Virus record (IMG/VR): IMGVR_UViG_2922690425_000004
Location: 96,163 to 160,162 of that record
Reading direction: 5' to 3' (one strand)
DNA: 64,000 nt
Source of the DNA: a virus
Lineage: Duplodnaviria; Caudoviricetes
The notes beneath the pieces are model-generated. The model did not search any database and was not told the origin of the DNA. It saw only the letters and a program-made list of their open reading frames with translations. Below are positions 8,409-19,127 of this stretch, one piece after another (position 1 is the first letter of the stretch; every line of letters starts with the position of its first letter). Position numbers and translations under genes: made by a program.

Positions 8409-11400
8409 TGATTTATGGAAAGATACATATCAATTCAAAAAAAGAGGTGAGTAAAATGTATCACTGTATTGGAGTACCCAAGAGGCATTTATTCCATCTA
8501 TCTCACTATGAGGGCTGTGGGGAGAAGTGGGTATTTGATTATGACAAATGTCCGATTTGTAGAGGATACTTAATTCCAGAGTCGCTAATTAGCAAGCAAG
8601 CTAATCATTCTGAAGTTATACAATTGAAAAAAGAAAGTATAGAGGAGGAAAGCAGTTTGCCAAAGCTTCTGTATGAAATTAAAACTTATGAATATGAAAA
8701 TTATGAAGAGTATCTTCAACACGCCGTAGAAATGACAAACAATGGATGGAAATTTCAATCTCAAAGTAACAATCATAAGGAAGTTGTTTGGACAATCGAT
8801 CATAGAAATTAGCTAAAAGAGTTCTTTTATTAAGAAAGGGGAGAATTGGGTATGGGACGCTTCGATAATAATAAACTACAAGTCAACGAAAAGAGAATGA
8901 TTCTTCAACACTACAAAGCTATTAAGGAAACTTTACTTGAGTTACAAGAAGAAACAATGAACAACTTAGATTACTCAGCATTTGAGAGAACGATTGAATT
9001 TATTGATAATAAAGTAAACTTAATTAAGAATAGTTGATGGTCTGTTTCATAAGGAGTTGAACAATGAGAAAAATATCAGAAGCTCAATACAAGAAAATAA
9101 TAAAAATGTTTAACGATCAAGTAAATAAAGAAACGAGCGCGATGACTATCGTGTTATCATCTTGGGGAAGAAATTCTGAATTAGTAAAATTGGAGAATGA
9201 AGCAAGCGCAAAGAAAGAGGAGTTCATTAAACTGTTTCAGTAAAAGGCACGTTTTATAAGTAGGAGGAAATTGATGTATAAGAAGTATTGGAACGAAGAT
9301 GGTAAACAATACAAGATAAAAATTGATGAAGTCAGAGTTAATACAAGCAGAGAACATGGGATGACTTACTACAAACTTGTTCAAAAACTAAAAATCTACC
9401 AGAAGAAAAAATACTGCTTGGGTTGGAAGTGTATTTATATAAATCAATGGGACGAAAAAAGGGGCGAGGATTTAATTAAAAGAATCCGTGAGAGCACTAA
9501 TGATTGCTTCAGTAAATAAATAAAGGAGAGAAATCTTTTATGACTATAAGTGTGCCAATTGAAATTATCAGAAATAATAAAACTCAGGAGTTTATTGAGT
9601 TGCAACAAGTACATGAAAGTTTAGACAACGAATTGAAAAGATGCGCTATTAAGCTGGAAGAATTATATGTCGAATTAAATAAAACAATTAATCCAACAGA
9701 TCGTTATGGTCATTCATACACTTACAACTACGAATACTTTAAGAAACGAACAGCATGGAGAGAAGCGTTGCTTATGCAAGATGCGATTAACGAAGTTGTG
9801 AACGTAGAAGGAGAAATGCAAGAAGTAAATGCGGCATACATAGAAGTCAGAGAGAAACTTAGAGTTATTTATAGAAAATGTGGTATGACAGATGTGGTTA
9901 TTTAAGTGGTGTTGATTTATGTAACAAAAGGAGGATGAATATGTTTTTTGTGGGTCTAGCAGAAATAGAAACTTTTGATGTTGTAGAAACTCCTATTTAC
10001 AATAAAGAGGTTGAAGAGTTATTGCAATATTTTTATGGAGATTACTATGAAATAGCTTTTGTTGTAGAGGGTGAAGCTAAATTTTTTAAGCCGCTATATA
10101 AAGAACCAATTTCGGATCTCCTGAAGAAATGGACATCTAGCTGGAAAGCAGAAGATAATAATGAATATAAAAGTAAACTAGCACGACTAAAAGTAATTAT
10201 TCAGTAAAATGCGTGTTTGATTAAGAATTTAATGTTGTAAATCTAGAGGGAATATGAAGTGATTAAAATCAAAGTTAACACAAGCAGTATTTGTTTGAAA
10301 TGTACACATTTCTGGCATGAATGTGGAGATGCAGTCCAACAGGATGAATACGAATGTCTTGAGACTTGTAGTAATTCAGATGAAGCTATTCAAGAATTTT
10401 TTGAGAATAAACATGAAATAAAAGAATGTAGAGGGTTTGAAAGAGAGTATTAATAAAAAAATAGGAGGTACTGAATGGAATTGGAGTTAATGAAAAAAGA
10501 ATATGAACAAGTGGAATCGGATTACAAATCTGTACTGTCTAGAACGGCAAAATTGAGCATTAGTGAAGAAATGAGTAAACTGAAGCGGAAAATTGATGAC
10601 GAAGAACGTAGACTGAATGCCGAAATAAAGGTTGTAAACATCAATGGAGTTAATTATGAAGTCCCAAATGGATTTGGTTTTTATCGAGAAGTTGATCGTT
10701 ATACATATGAAGTAAAAGATGAATGTTTGTATCGATTTGAAAAGATGAAATTAGATTCAGATGGAAGTTTTCACTTGCACCACCATGTATGGATTCCACA
10801 AAGAGAGGATAAGTTTGTAGATCTCTGTGTTCGTGTTCTGGGTGGTGATAGGTTCGGAGAAAGATACTTTATAAGTGCCAGTTACTATAAGCATCCATCT
10901 GATTCGTTTCCATATATGCACAAGTATGTTCGGACTGACAATTACGGATACAAACCCATCTATTCATATGTTATTGCTAAGATGGGACTAAAGCATAAAA
11001 AGGATAATTGGGACACTAATAAGCTTGAGTGGATTGAAAAGGAGAAGAGAAATGAAGCAGAAAAATGAACAAAGTATTTATGTAGTACAAGGGAGAAGTG
11101 GAATTGTATTTTCTGCAACTTCAAATTACGAAGAAGCCTTAAATGTTATGAACAATTTGAATGAGATGGAATACGGTAGAGCCAGAATGGAACATTGGGA
11201 ACATAATAGAGTTGTGCTTCGGGAGTCGTGATGAATTTATGCAAAGGTGGTGCCAAAGTGGATATTGACACTTGCCCATATTGTAGTGGTAGGCCATTGG
11301 CAGACAGAAAGCCATTAATGAGAAATCACAGTGATGACTATTCAGTTTTCATTAATAGCTGCAATTATCTGGAGGATAGTGTTATTGGTGGAAGCGAACT

Positions 11401-11895
11401 TCATTCATTGTATGGGGTAAAAATATATTTCTGTCCTGTGTGTGGTAGAAAACTGTAGGTTGATGAAATACATATTTTACATAGAAAATAAAAATACAAA
11501 CTCAATTTTATTGGAGGATTATTATGGATAAGATTATTGCTTCAGAACAATTGCTTGACAAGATCATAAATATTGACCCTCCTTTGAAAGCTGCCATGAG
11601 CGACAAAAGCACAAAAACTATTGTTATTAACAAACTAAGTGAAGGATTTGAGGGTATTGTAGCTCATTATCCGCATTTGATCGATGACATCCAAAGAAGG
11701 ATTGTTGAGTATCATAAAAACAAGGGGAGGGATGGGAAGATCACTGATTTCGTGTCACTTGTTGATTGGTACAGTATGAGCTTGTTAGAAAAACCTGCGG
11801 AGTGGTGGGATAGCACAGGAGAATACTTTAATTTAAGAATGAATGAAGTTATCAATATGTTTCTTATGGCTAGATTCAATTTTGGATTGGTATAA
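8408..11895 (+). other. Run of ~11 small hypothetical phage ORFs (8408, 8846, 9064, 9271, 9540, 9878, 10259, 10475, 11025, 11228, 11524)
   Basis: Co-oriented ORFs with RBSs; no recognisable family; several Cys-rich. Confidence 0.65.
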
Positions 11896-12112
11896 AATGA
11901 ACATTTTAATATAAAGGGTGACAAAAATTCTAATTACTTATCTTAATACTGCTTTGGGTATGTTGGCGGCGATGGCAATATTATACCCACCTTGTCGCCT
12001 CATAAGTTTCACTAACAAGTCAAAATTCTCTCATAAAACATATTTCTATGTAATGATGGGGTCATTTATTTTAATTGCAGCGCTACAGAGATTTTAGATT
12101 TTTAAGAAAGAG

Positions 12113-12787
12113 GTGATACTCATGGTTGACTTCGCATGGCTAAATTCCCCTGAAGGAAGAGAAGAAATAAACAAAAGACGTGAAGAACGCAGAGTACAGG
12201 AGAAGCTAGAAAGTAGAACACTATCATTCACAGGACACCGCCCGAATAAATTAGGAAATTGCTACAGCCTTATGGATAAACAATCAAAATACATAAAGAG
12301 CAAAATTGAAACAGTGTTAATTGACTTAATTAAGAACGAGGGAGTTGAACGTTTTATTACTGGCGGTGCTATCGGCTTTGACCAAATAGCATTCTGGACA
12401 GTTCAGGGGCTAAAGAACACAGATTATTCTGAAATCAAAAACATTGTAGCGATACCATTCAAAAATCAAGCAAGTAAATGGACTGATCGTGTAACTCAGC
12501 ACTGGTACACGAAGATGCTTGATACAGCAGATGAAGTTGTTTATGTAGACGAGATGCCACTATATAGAGTAGAGGGAGTGCCGATTGGCGAGTATCATGT
12601 AGCGAAAATGCAAAAGAGAAATGAATACATGGTAGATAAATCACGGATTGTTGTCGCTGCTTGGGATGGAACGAAGGGTGGTACTGGTAACTGTTGTAGA
12701 TATGCAAGAAAAGTGGGAAAGACACTCTATACACTAAGACCACAAAATGATTTTGAATTAGACATATTGTATGGATTCAATGGATAA
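12113..12787 (+). CDS. SLOG-superfamily protein (YpsA/DUF1273-like)
   Basis: SFTGHRPNKL, FITGGAIGFDQ, KRNEYMVD, WDGTKGGTGNC motifs. Confidence 0.85.
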   Translation: MILMVDFAWLNSPEGREEINKRREERRVQEKLESRTLSFTGHRPNKLGNCYSLMDKQSKYIKSKIETVLIDLIKNEGVERFITGGAIGFDQIAFWTVQGLKNTDYSEIKNIVAIPFKNQASKWTDRVTQHWYTKMLDTADEVVYVDEMPLYRVEGVPIGEYHVAKMQKRNEYMVDKSRIVVAAWDGTKGGTGNCCRYARKVGKTLYTLRPQNDFELDILYGFNG

Positions 12788-13141
12788 ACGAATTTATGAC
12801 GGAGGAATGATAACAATGATTACGAAAGTTCAGGATTACGTTGATACTATGATCAAAAAATTGGAAAGCGAAGGACATCGCGACATTCAATTTCTAAGCG
12901 CTTCTGATTGTACGTTTGTGAAGAATGGAATTAAAGAAGGCTATTTAATGGAAGAAACAAATTTAAACAAAATATGTTCTGGAATAAACTTGAACGAAAT
13001 AGAAGACGGAGTTGAAGTTGTGGGAAGCAAACTAAGAATCTTTAGTATTCCAAAAAGAAAACGTAAAGGCGTAACTTCTGTTTATTATGTAGTAATTCAA
13101 TAATACTAAACTGATAAAATTGGGCTTTTAGAAGGAATGAA

Positions 13142-13723
13142 ATGACGAGGAGGCTACTGTTAATGAAGGTCATGTATTCTAAGTGGCATAATAACTACGA
13201 TGAATTGGTACTTGGACAAGAATATAGCGCTCAGTATTATAAAAAAGGATGGTTGTTAATTGATACAGTTTTGTACAGAGAGGACTGTTTTCAGATGGTA
13301 AACAACTTAAACAACGCAATCTCAATTGCTGCAACTATGCATAATGGTCAACATGATAAGGGTGGTAATCCATATATCTTACATCCATTGCGTGTAATGA
13401 TGAATATGAATTCAAATGAAGAACAAATTGTGGCTGTACTACATGACATCCTAGAAGACACAACTATGACCGGAGAAAAACTGTCGAAATATTTCACAAG
13501 TCAAATTATTGAAGCAGTTATTGCCTTGACAAGACAAGAGAACGAAACGTACTGGGAGTTCATTGCACGTTGTAAACAAAATAAGTTGGCGCGAAAAGTT
13601 AAGATTGCTGATATTGAAGATAACATTGATTTGAGTAGGATTGAGCAGCCAACAAAGAAGGACTATGAGCGAATAAAGAAATATGAAAAGGCATTAAAGG
13701 AGCTAATGAGCATTGAAGAGTAA
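13142..13723 (+). CDS. HD-domain protein, RelA/SpoT hydrolase-like (small alarmone hydrolase type)
   Basis: AATMHNGQHDKGGNPYILHPLRV, AVLHDILEDT, VKIADIEDN motifs. Confidence 0.85.
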   Translation: MTRRLLLMKVMYSKWHNNYDELVLGQEYSAQYYKKGWLLIDTVLYREDCFQMVNNLNNAISIAATMHNGQHDKGGNPYILHPLRVMMNMNSNEEQIVAVLHDILEDTTMTGEKLSKYFTSQIIEAVIALTRQENETYWEFIARCKQNKLARKVKIADIEDNIDLSRIEQPTKKDYERIKKYEKALKELMSIEE

Positions 13724-14231
13724 TTTAGAATTGCTTCAGCAGATTTATAAAGTAGCAAGCGCCCTAGATCTTGAATTATGTACTGTATTGAATCGTGGCA
13801 AAAGTACTATGAGTGGTGCAGAGTATGAAGAGTTAATGGAATTGATGATTGAAGTAGAAGATTATTTAGAAGCTAAAGATTTGTAAAAGCATCGTTTTAC
13901 CAAGATAGGAGAATACATAATAATGGCAAAACAGAAGACTAATGTTCAGTATCAGTTTCCACCCAAATCAGACACTGTTTTTAGAATTTACCTTAAAACA
14001 AATCATATGAACAGTCTAATTGTTGTTCGGTTTGAGTTGCTTAGTGGAGAGGAGTACACAAGGAATTACGGGAACATTCCTTCAAATACTCTCTTGGTTG
14101 AATACAAAGGTTATGAATTCGAATTATACATAGATGGCGAATATGTTGGACAAAGAGTTCTTGTTGAAGCAGATAGGAACATGTTTAGATACGATGCTAT
14201 TGAATAGTTATTTAGTTAGTTGTACACTATA

Positions 14232-14245
14232 AGAACAAACGTTCT
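14232..14245. promoter_or_regulatory. LexA (SOS/Cheo) box
   Basis: AGAACAAACGTTCT fits GAAC-N4-GTTC and lies directly before the RBS of 14254..14646. Confidence 0.7.
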
Positions 14246-14253
14246 AGGAGTGT

Positions 14254-14646
14254 GTGTACAGCATGAGTAATTATAAAACATCTAATGAAGACACTCAGCT
14301 TGTAATTGATTTTATACAACTACCTTATGTGTTGGATGTATTGGAGCTTAACATAAGCAAGATCAAGAAGTCTGACTTAAAGATGAAGGAATTGTTTGTT
14401 TTATATCTAGAGGGCTTACAAAGCAGAGTATTGACAGATTTAAAAGTGGTTCGTCAAAAAATGAGACAGAGAGGCATAAAAGTTTATGAGGGGGTTAGGT
14501 CAGATAAAGATTTGGTGACCGAGTATCTATGTCGTGGATATACTCACACCATGCGATTTCTTTGGTCTAAAATTAGGAATGATGTAGAAGTAAGGATAGC
14601 TGCTTATATGGATGTTGACTTGAGTAAATTGGTCAGGTTGGAATAA
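14254..14646 (+). CDS. YhjD-like protein, probably SOS-regulated (likely start 14263)
   Basis: LPYVLDVLE...LKVVRQKMRQRGIKV...YLCRGY pattern plus the upstream LexA box. Confidence 0.55.
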   Translation: MYSMSNYKTSNEDTQLVIDFIQLPYVLDVLELNISKIKKSDLKMKELFVLYLEGLQSRVLTDLKVVRQKMRQRGIKVYEGVRSDKDLVTEYLCRGYTHTMRFLWSKIRNDVEVRIAAYMDVDLSKLVRLE

Positions 14647-14652
14647 TTCAGC

Positions 14653-14681
14653 TTGACTTAAACAAACAAAAATAATAAAAT
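14653..14681 (+). promoter_or_regulatory. SigA-type promoter
   Basis: TTGACT-N17-TAAAAT. Confidence 0.55.
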
Positions 14682-14759
14682 AATATGTATAAGTTGTTAA
14701 GAAATACATAGGAAAATGTTGTATAATATTGCTATGTTAAGCATCGAGGAGGGATAGAG

Positions 14760-14972
14760 ATGCAACAAGAAGATATTGATCTTATTTACAAGAATATTGG
14801 TGACTACAAAGGTTGGACATGTCCATTTATCGGTTTGGGCTCATTAGTTATGAGAAAAGGCAACGAGGAAATTAAAGCTAACAGAGGATTAGAAGTTAGC
14901 AATTGGGTAGTTTAATGTTGGTATGAACTAAAAAATGATATTGATAAAATTGAAAAAAGAGCTACTGCATAA
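14760..14972 (+). pseudogene. Small ORF with an in-frame premature TAA
   Basis: GAGGAGGG RBS and ATG; TAA near 14912, then the frame stays open to TAA at 14972. Confidence 0.4.
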
Positions 14973-15009
14973 GGTAATAAGTTAGTTCTATAAAGAGAGG
15001 TGACAGCAT

Positions 15010-15266
15010 ATGAAGACTAAAATCTCTAAAGAAATTAGGGCTTCAATTAGGAAAGCAGCCAAATATCGTCACAAGGCTAGTCATTTTGAGATTATAATTG
15101 AAAATGGTTGGATACAAATGGGGTCGGAGATAATGACAGTTTTAGAGATACATACATAGATTCGGTACAACTGAGCAACAATCCCGAAGAAGCCATTGAA
15201 CGTTTCGAAGAACTGCTTATAGAAAAAGAGATATCTGAGAAAATAGATAGAGAATATAATAACTAA
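15010..15266 (+). pseudogene. Frameshifted small ORF
   Basis: GAGGTGA RBS and ATG; adding one A to GAAAAT near 15100 restores an ~85-aa frame ending at 15266. Confidence 0.5.
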
Positions 15267-15288
15267 GGATTAAAAAGATAAAATTTTA

Positions 15289-16074
15289 TTGGTGGTGATA
15301 ATATTGGAGATGACGCAAAGAAAAGTAAGAAAAAAATTGCGTGGGAAAATCGGTAGAATCAGACATGCATTACAATTGGTCACTATTTTATTTTATACGC
15401 TAATACTATTGATTTTAGCATTATTGATATCTATTTGGATTGAAGGTATTATACCCGGTTTGCCCAGTATCATCTCTGTCATAATCCCGTACATAGGATA
15501 CTTTGTTCTTGTTCCTTTACTCTATCCTTTGAAATCGAGATATTACATAAGACGGATCATAAAAGAAGAGTATGAAAAATTGAATGGAAGGAATTTAATA
15601 CATTATACCGACCACTTATTTCCTTACGAAATTGAAGAGGCTGAAAGAACTGGGATAATTAGATTGATTGCAAATAGTAGCGCACGTTCAAATTATAATT
15701 TTAAATTCAGTGATGCAACTAAGAAATTTGTTTGGTTTCACCCTTCTCGAACTGATGAAAACAAGGAACCTAAATTTAACTCTTTCTGGTACTCTCATTA
15801 TAGCGAATCAGATCCAAGAGACTATAAGATAATAGTTAATCCAATGAATGTAGATATGAACAGAATATTTATTAGACCTATTGATGGTGCAATAGTAATT
15901 GAAGATGATTATACAGGTGAAGCGAATATAGAAAAAACATTTAATTGGTACAATAGTAAGATATATTTTTGGAGGTCGTTGTGTGTGTCGCCAATCACAT
16001 TCGGTCTTGTCATGTTTATTGGTATTAAGCAACTTATGGGAAGTATTATCGATAGGAAACGCGCAATAAAATAA
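15289..16074 (+). CDS. Membrane protein of unknown function
   Basis: Two N-terminal and one C-terminal hydrophobic segments. Confidence 0.7.
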   Translation: MVVIILEMTQRKVRKKLRGKIGRIRHALQLVTILFYTLILLILALLISIWIEGIIPGLPSIISVIIPYIGYFVLVPLLYPLKSRYYIRRIIKEEYEKLNGRNLIHYTDHLFPYEIEEAERTGIIRLIANSSARSNYNFKFSDATKKFVWFHPSRTDENKEPKFNSFWYSHYSESDPRDYKIIVNPMNVDMNRIFIRPIDGAIVIEDDYTGEANIEKTFNWYNSKIYFWRSLCVSPITFGLVMFIGIKQLMGSIIDRKRAIK

Positions 16075-16490
16075 CACTTTTACTAGGAAACGAGGTGTAG
16101 CAAATGGATTCTCAATCAAAATATAACCGAAGTATGATGGATTACAACAATCTAAGAGATAGCAATAATTCATCAGGATATTTTTTAGAGCAAATAAGGA
16201 AAGGTGAAATAGTAAGAGCAGTGGACTTGTTTGTTGGGGGTCACTATGTTGTTTCACCATTGAATCTTCTGAAGATCAAACACAGAGATAGAAGGTGTGT
16301 TATAGCTGAATTTGAATTAGATGAGTTGGATAATCCCATAAGGGCTAAAGTTCGTTTTGATGACAATAATCGATCAGGTATAGTTGATTTGCACGATTTA
16401 GATATTATTCAAAGTAGCTGATAAAGCAATTCTTTTATTATATATGCTTGGTAAATAGAGTGTGTGACAACATAGAATGGAGGAAGGAAT

Positions 16491-17180
16491 ATGCAGTATT
16501 TTTCTCCTTTAACTCCTTGGCTGGAGAGGAAAAGAACTCTCCCTGCTTTTGCTTATTTAGAAGAAGGAAAACCCGAGTTCAATCTTGGTGGTTTTTTAGG
16601 TATGGATGTTTGTTATCCTCTTCACGAAGTTAATAAACATATACCTAGAAGTCTAGAAACGACGTGGAACATGGTAAGGGAATATGTGAATGAGGCTTTA
16701 GTCATCACACAAAACAATACAGGAAATTGGTTGGATAGAGAAGAAGTCGAAATGATTAAAGAGGAGCTTGGTGAACCTCCAAATCACTGTTATCCAATTT
16801 ATATTGTTACTGTGGGAATTTTTCCAAATGAAAAAATTGTTTACATTGGTAAAACATCTTCAAATTTAAGTCGTTTTGCAGGAGGGCATAGAGTAGCTTT
16901 AAAACTTCATGATCCTATATATAACAATCTGCCCAAGAGGGTTTACTTTTGTAGTGTGAGTTTTTTGGTGGGAAAAGAATATTTACCAATTGAATGGATA
17001 TCGCCAATAGAAGAAGCAAAGACTATTTTGGATAGTGTGGAGTCACAATTAATATCTAGTTTTCAGCCTGAATTAAATAGGTCAAAAACAAAACGGAACT
17101 ATTCAAAACATCCTATAATGCTCCAATTACAGAATTTTACGGGGAGTAGATTTCTACATGATGAAATGGTAAATGATTAA
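16491..17180 (+). CDS. GIY-YIG-like nuclease domain protein
   Basis: PIYIVTV...IVYIGKT...SRF...E.QLI...QPELN. Confidence 0.65.
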   Translation: MQYFSPLTPWLERKRTLPAFAYLEEGKPEFNLGGFLGMDVCYPLHEVNKHIPRSLETTWNMVREYVNEALVITQNNTGNWLDREEVEMIKEELGEPPNHCYPIYIVTVGIFPNEKIVYIGKTSSNLSRFAGGHRVALKLHDPIYNNLPKRVYFCSVSFLVGKEYLPIEWISPIEEAKTILDSVESQLISSFQPELNRSKTKRNYSKHPIMLQLQNFTGSRFLHDEMVND

Positions 17181-17278
17181 ACAAACTTAAGGTGTGTTTA
17201 TCACGCATTAAAGTCGTTTTTCGAAATGTAGATAATTTATATAATTAGTCTTTCACTTACAATTTAGGATGGTGCCAC

Positions 17279-17794
17279 GTGGTCTATATTGATAAGAAGA
17301 TAATTGAGTCGACTGCTGTAATGGCGGATAACAAGCTATACAGATATCGACTAACGAGAATTTGGGAGAAAGACAAGGAAATTGTAGGGGTAGTTATGCT
17401 CAATCCAAGTAGAGCTAATTCATTGAAAACAGATGATACGATAATGAACCTTACTAATTATTTGATTGATAACAACTATGGTGGCGTAGATATTGTTAAC
17501 ATGTATGCATTTATGGCATCAAAACCGTCTGAACTTCAAAATAGAGATCAAGCATATGAGGCGTATAATGATAGTCACATCACAGAAACAGCAGCCGAAA
17601 GAGATGTCCTTATTATTGCATGGGGATCTGACATGAAGAAATATGTGAGACGAAAAAGAGAGATTGAGACTTTATTATTTCCGTATGCTCATAAGATAAA
17701 ATGCTTAGAAGACCCTGAAGGCAAGAGTCCAAGACACCCTCTGCTTTTGTCAAAGGATTGGAAGTTAGTCCCATATAGTTTTAGATACATCTAA
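17279..17794 (+). CDS. DUF1643 domain protein
   Basis: YRYRLTRIW, VMLNPSRA, IIAWG, PRHPL motifs. Confidence 0.85.
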   Translation: MVYIDKKIIESTAVMADNKLYRYRLTRIWEKDKEIVGVVMLNPSRANSLKTDDTIMNLTNYLIDNNYGGVDIVNMYAFMASKPSELQNRDQAYEAYNDSHITETAAERDVLIIAWGSDMKKYVRRKREIETLLFPYAHKIKCLEDPEGKSPRHPLLLSKDWKLVPYSFRYI

Positions 17795-18042
17795 TCAAAC
17801 GAATCTTTTAAGGGAAGTGATATTTTTCTTGAAGAGTAATGTTTTTGAAGGAATTGTAGATGTGTTTTTAGTTAATGGAGAACCCGCATACGCAGACGTT
17901 GATAATCGAGAGCAAGGTTGCTCTTTGAATGAGTATCTGCTCTTAGTTTTAGCAGGTAAAAGAGTGCGAATCACAGTTGAAAGATTAGAAGACTGAATGA
18001 AGTGTGAGTTTTAACAAGAAAATTAAATAAGGGGGGATTAAC

Positions 18043-18561
18043 ATAAGTAAAGAGTGGCTTGATAGTGATGACGTACTTGAAGAATACTATGACTCAACTA
18101 AGTATGCATTAATTGAATTAGGTGTACAATTAATTGATCCTAAGAAGATCATTGCTTTATCACGGGAACTAAGAGAAGTGAAATTAGAGAGACTTCGAAT
18201 GAAAATAATAAATAATGGTTGGCAGGACGAGTCTCCAACGGATTTTAATCTCATAAAAACATTGGATGGAAATTATGTTGTAGATGGTGGAGGCAATCAT
18301 AGAGCCTATCTCAGTAATGAACTTGAAATTAAAGAAGTGAAAGCTAGAGTGTGGTCTCACGTTGAACTTAATAAATTATCGAAAGAAGAGTTTGATCAAT
18401 ATAAAATATATAAGGATGAAATTTCTGGATTCTATAAACAATTTAAAATTTATAAGATTAGAGGAGACGAAGAGAAACAATTCGAATTTTTACATAAAGC
18501 TGGGAAATTAGAGGAGAAGCTTAAAGCATTTCTTCTAAAAATTTATAACGGATCATTATAA
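18043..18561 (+). CDS. ParB/Srx-like domain protein (frame open from ATA at 18043; ORF track start 18178)
   Basis: YVVDGGGNHRA motif; GGGGGGA RBS before an in-frame ATA. Confidence 0.6.
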   Translation: MSKEWLDSDDVLEEYYDSTKYALIELGVQLIDPKKIIALSRELREVKLERLRMKIINNGWQDESPTDFNLIKTLDGNYVVDGGGNHRAYLSNELEIKEVKARVWSHVELNKLSKEEFDQYKIYKDEISGFYKQFKIYKIRGDEEKQFEFLHKAGKLEEKLKAFLLKIYNGSL

Positions 18562-18593
18562 AACAAATATTTTATAAAGAAAAAGGAGCATAT

Positions 18594-19127
18594 ATGAACT
18601 ACATAATTTTTGATCTAGAAGCTACTTGTTGGGAAAATGACCGCAAAAGACAAAACGAAATTATTGAGATCGGAGCCGTAAAACTAAATGATAGGCTGAA
18701 GACTGTAAGTGAATTCCAAATTTTTGTCAAGCCTGTATTAAGCCCACAGCTTTCTGATTTTTGTAAGCGGCTTACCTCCATCTCTCAGGCGGATGTGGAT
18801 GCTGCAATGTATTATCCGCAGGCAATCCGTCAATTTCGAGAGTGGATAGGCAATGAACCTCATGTTCTCTGCTCCTGGGGGTTCTATGATAAGAACCAGT
18901 TGCAGAAGGATTGTGCACTACATCAAATCGCATGTGAATGGACGGATAACCATATCAGTCTCAAGCATCAGCATGGGAGGATGATTGGTAGGGAGCGAGG
19001 CGTAGGCATGGAAAGAGCTTTGACTATGCTTAAACTGCCAATGGAGGGAACCCATCACAGAGGGATTGATGACGCTAAGAATATTGCTAAGATTTTTGTG
19101 AAGATTTATGATCAATTGAGATTCTGA
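18594..19127 (+). CDS. DEDDh 3'-5' exonuclease (ERI-1/KapD-like)
   Basis: IFDLEATCW, EIIEIGAV, CSWGFYD, HHRGIDDAKNI. Confidence 0.9.
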   Translation: MNYIIFDLEATCWENDRKRQNEIIEIGAVKLNDRLKTVSEFQIFVKPVLSPQLSDFCKRLTSISQADVDAAMYYPQAIRQFREWIGNEPHVLCSWGFYDKNQLQKDCALHQIACEWTDNHISLKHQHGRMIGRERGVGMERALTMLKLPMEGTHHRGIDDAKNIAKIFVKIYDQLRF

